DNA from: Hydrolagus colliei
Lineage: Eukaryota
Length of the DNA stretch: 64,000 nt
NCBI GenBank assembly: GCA_035084275.1
Contig: CM068746.1
Coordinates: forward strand, 37,572,001-37,636,000
Direction of reading: 5' to 3'
A program made the position numbers and the translations under genes. Shown piece after piece: positions 61,056 through 64,000 of this stretch (positions within the stretch are counted from its first letter, which is position 1; every line of letters starts with the position of its first letter). The notes beneath the pieces were generated by a model that saw nothing but the letters and a program-made list of their open reading frames with translations, was not told the origin of the DNA and did no database searches.

Positions 61056-62614
61056 AGTAAGACATTTGCTGATCCAGTGCCTTGGGGCACTCTCCCAACA
61101 ACAAAGGCGCTATATAAATGCAATTTGTTGTTGTGATATTAATAATAATCCTTGCATTTGATATAGTGGCTTCTCAATGTCTCAAAGCACTTTACAAAAT
61201 ATACTGAAAAGTGAATTGATGGTATATAGGGAGCTATATCAAATGTAAGGATTATTATACTACCGTATTATAATGCTTATCATATCATTGAGCTGCTCTT
61301 TAGAAATTAAATCCAATCATAATTTCAACTACTCTTGCTGGTAACCAGTTCCAGTCATTAATTACCCTCTGGGTAAATAAATCCTTTCTAAGTTTCAAAT
61401 CAATTATGCCCTGTTAATAGCTCTGAAAATGAACCAATATGGTTTTCCACAAGTAAAACAATTGAAAATTGGGAAGCCTGACTTATACACTCCTGGTAGC
61501 ATTAGCTAAGGCTTGGGAGAGTTTTGGAGAAGCTCATCCAAGCATTTACATCTAGTTATGCAAACTGTCTCTTTTATGACATGATAAAATGTTCACTTTA
61601 AAGTTCCTGAGGTAGCCAAGAAATAATTTCTGAACAGAACGCTGATCAATGCATTTCTAACCGTAAAGATGTAAATTGACGTGTTGCCAAAAATATCTCA
61701 AGATGGTCTCTGTGTTTCCTGAAGATGGTCTTTGCAGTTGGGATACAGCACAATTCACTTGCAGATCCTGTTAGTCCAGCGCTATATATACTGGCATTAC
61801 TCACAACAATCTGCTGGTGAAAAGCATTTCATTTTAGGAGCATCAGTGTATGGAAGCAGGAATCTCACTTTAAATGTAATCTCACATTGAAATGTAGATT
61901 CATTAGTTCTTACAGCAGGATCAACGTGTTTTACGTTAGAATGAAGATTCACAGTACATTCCATCAGAATCCACTTATGCTGGTTTGTATTTCATGCTGA
62001 ATTGACCATTTCCTAATGAAGTCTCAGCAAATTTGGTCATTTTGAGGCCAGAATTGTGTATATGACAACAATAAAAACATTCAACATTAGCTTCAACCTT
62101 TCTCATCATATTACATTTTGTATGCATTGAATATTTGACATTTCAATGCTGGATCACACACAAAACATATTTTCTAAACGCCCAGTATCTGCTTCCAGGC
62201 TGTATTTTGAAGTGACTTAACTATAATAGCCTCTGTTTAAAAATGCTGAATGCTGCAAGATATGACGGTTTTTATGCAACTAAATGAAAAGACCTTTATG
62301 TGGCAATGAAGGGAATAAACGTTCCTTTGTACATTTGTGGCTGAAGCATACAGTAATCTGATTCTCCCTCATTGCAGGACAATAACCCAACAGAAGATTT
62401 ATCCATTTGCACTGTTCTTAGAGGTAAATTCATACTCATTTAGTTGAAAATTTGTTATGCAAATAAGCACACATGCAGTTAGGAGACAAAGATTCTTCCC
62501 ACTCAGCTCCAATTGACTCAACAAAGCCAGCATCCTAAATAGGTAGGACTGTCCCAGCTGGACAAGCAGCAGGAAGCTTGTCGAACAGTAAACCCAATAA
62601 TAATTAATACACAA

Positions 62615-62830
62615 TATAATAATCCTTGCAATTGATATCGCATCTTATCATGTTGTCAAGTCATCTCAAAGCACTTCATTTGAATAACTGTCAAGTGTAG
62701 TGACTGTATTTATAGGCAATGCAGCAGCCAATTTTGCACACAACAATGTCCAACAAACAGCTATGAAGTGAATGACCAATTTTATCTGGGCATTTGGCCA
62801 GAACACCAGGAAGAACGAACGCCCTTCTGG
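62615..62830 (-). mobile_element. Deu-domain SINE 3' half
   Basis: aataatccttgcaattgatatcg...aagtgtagtgactgtatttataggcaatgcagcagccaattttgcacac. Serves as an empty-site reference for the insertion at 26798. Confidence 0.78.
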
Positions 62831-63224
62831 AGATAAACTCACATAAATCGTATCAGTTAGGACAATAACATTTAATCTGGTTTATGCAAAGTATGAGATA
62901 CTGGCAAACGTGCATAAGTCAAATGGAAGGATTATTATTATTTTATTATTATTCATTCATATCATATAAGATAATATAGAACCAGCAGTCAGAAATGTAC
63001 TGGAGTTTGGACATGGATACATTTTTAGAAATACACTTTGAGGAATTGGGCTATAACATACTTACAAAATGTAAGCAATACTGCTCTGAATACAACTGGA
63101 AATTCAGGGTCTTCTCATTCTTTGGACACATTTCCAGTTGGTTAGGAGTAACAGAACATAAAGTATTGTAGAGGACATATGTTCATGCATTTTGTATCTC
63201 GGAGATCTCATTTTATAATCAGTT

Positions 63225-63503
63225 ACAACAACAACTTAAACTTATAAAGCGCCTTTCACGTCGGGAGGACGTCCCAAGGCGCTGCACAGGAGGCATGTGA
63301 CCCGAGCTGGGAGGGGAGTGTTTGGGAAGGGGTGAAACACGTAGGGGAGGTTGAAAAGTTCGGGGGGGAACAAAAGGCACGGTCGAAGAGGAAAGTCTTC
63401 AAACCGGCCTTGAAAGAGGAAAGGGAAGAAACAAGGCGGAGGGATTGGGGGATGGAATTCCAAAGGGTGGGAGCGGAGAAACTGAAGGCCCGGCCTCCGA
63501 TGT
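63225..63503 (-). mobile_element. Young L2 family-1 3' end
   Basis: Close paralogue of 54665-54945 with an (aac)n tail. Confidence 0.92.
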
Positions 63504-63625
63504 TACAGCTTTCTCAATTGGTAGATATCTTTATCTTCTTAAATATTCATGAAATTAGTAAATGTTCCGTATGAATAAATTCCAAAGTGTAACTTGTAAC
63601 AAATGAAAGTTACACAAAGTTGCAA

Positions 63626-64000
63626 CATAGAATCATAGAATCATAGAATTTTACGGCACAAAAGGAGGCCATTTGGCCCATCTAGTCTGTGCCGGCTCTT
63701 TGAAAAGAGCGATTCAATCCCATTGCCCTGCCCGCTCCCCATAGCCTAATAGACCCGTTCTCCCTAAATAAAGATCTAATTCCCTTTTAAAAGTTGTTAT
63801 CGAATCAGCCTCCACCACCTTTTCAGGCAATGCATTCCAGATTCGAACAACTCGCTGAGTGAAAAAATTTATCCTCAGCTCCCCTCTACTGCGCCTTGAA
63901 ACTATTTTAAATCTGTGACCACGAGTCACAGATTCACCCACGAGTGGAAATAGTTTTTCTCTATTTGCCCTGTCGAAACCCCTCATGATCTTATAAACCT
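63626..64000 (-). mobile_element. CR1 LINE 3' end, open frame, continues beyond the window
   Basis: MRGFDRANREKLFPLVGESVTRGHRFKI...NFFTQRVVRIWNALPEKVVEADSITTFKRELDLYL, 3' UTR and (ATTCTATG)3 tail (catagaat x3 on +). Confidence 0.95.

Noticed and set aside
21800-64000. Exons of the longer SRPK2 isoform (MSSRK / VLAIQARKRRPK...)
   Set aside because: Looked for by eye on the minus strand and not found. Probably beyond the window, though a tiny exon could be missed.

Overview
Vertebrate nuclear DNA that is AT-rich, intron-dominated and dense in repeats. The repeat set (tRNA-head SINEs with Deu-type bodies, L2, CR1 with an (ATTCTATG)n tail, a Penelope-like fragment) suggests a cartilaginous fish, probably a chimaera; this is inferred from recalled repeat consensuses, not from a search. 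The only protein-coding gene I can support is SRPK2 on the minus strand. It has an alternative first coding exon (MSVNSGKSSSSE-R, 21038-21075) spliced in phase across a 19.3-kb intron to the poly-proline/acidic exon (1547-1698). The kinase exons lie left of the window and the exons of the longer isoform were not found, so 21.5-64 kb is probably intron or upstream sequence. Nearly all other ORFs in the track are retroelement debris or low-complexity noise. I found no convincing new multi-gene system. The most interesting signals are: (i) two unrelated hAT MITEs with perfect 8-bp TSDs inserted within about 10 bp of the same homologous SINE position; (ii) an old repeat family I cannot classify, one copy with about 100-bp inverted ends; (iii) retroposons with outward-facing 3' tails at both ends; (iv) several perfect palindromes with template-switch signatures; (v) a 72-nt intronic hairpin that pairs best on the SRPK2 sense strand. 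Boundaries of degraded repeats are approximate (about 10-30 bp); exon, TIR, TSD and palindrome coordinates were read base by base.
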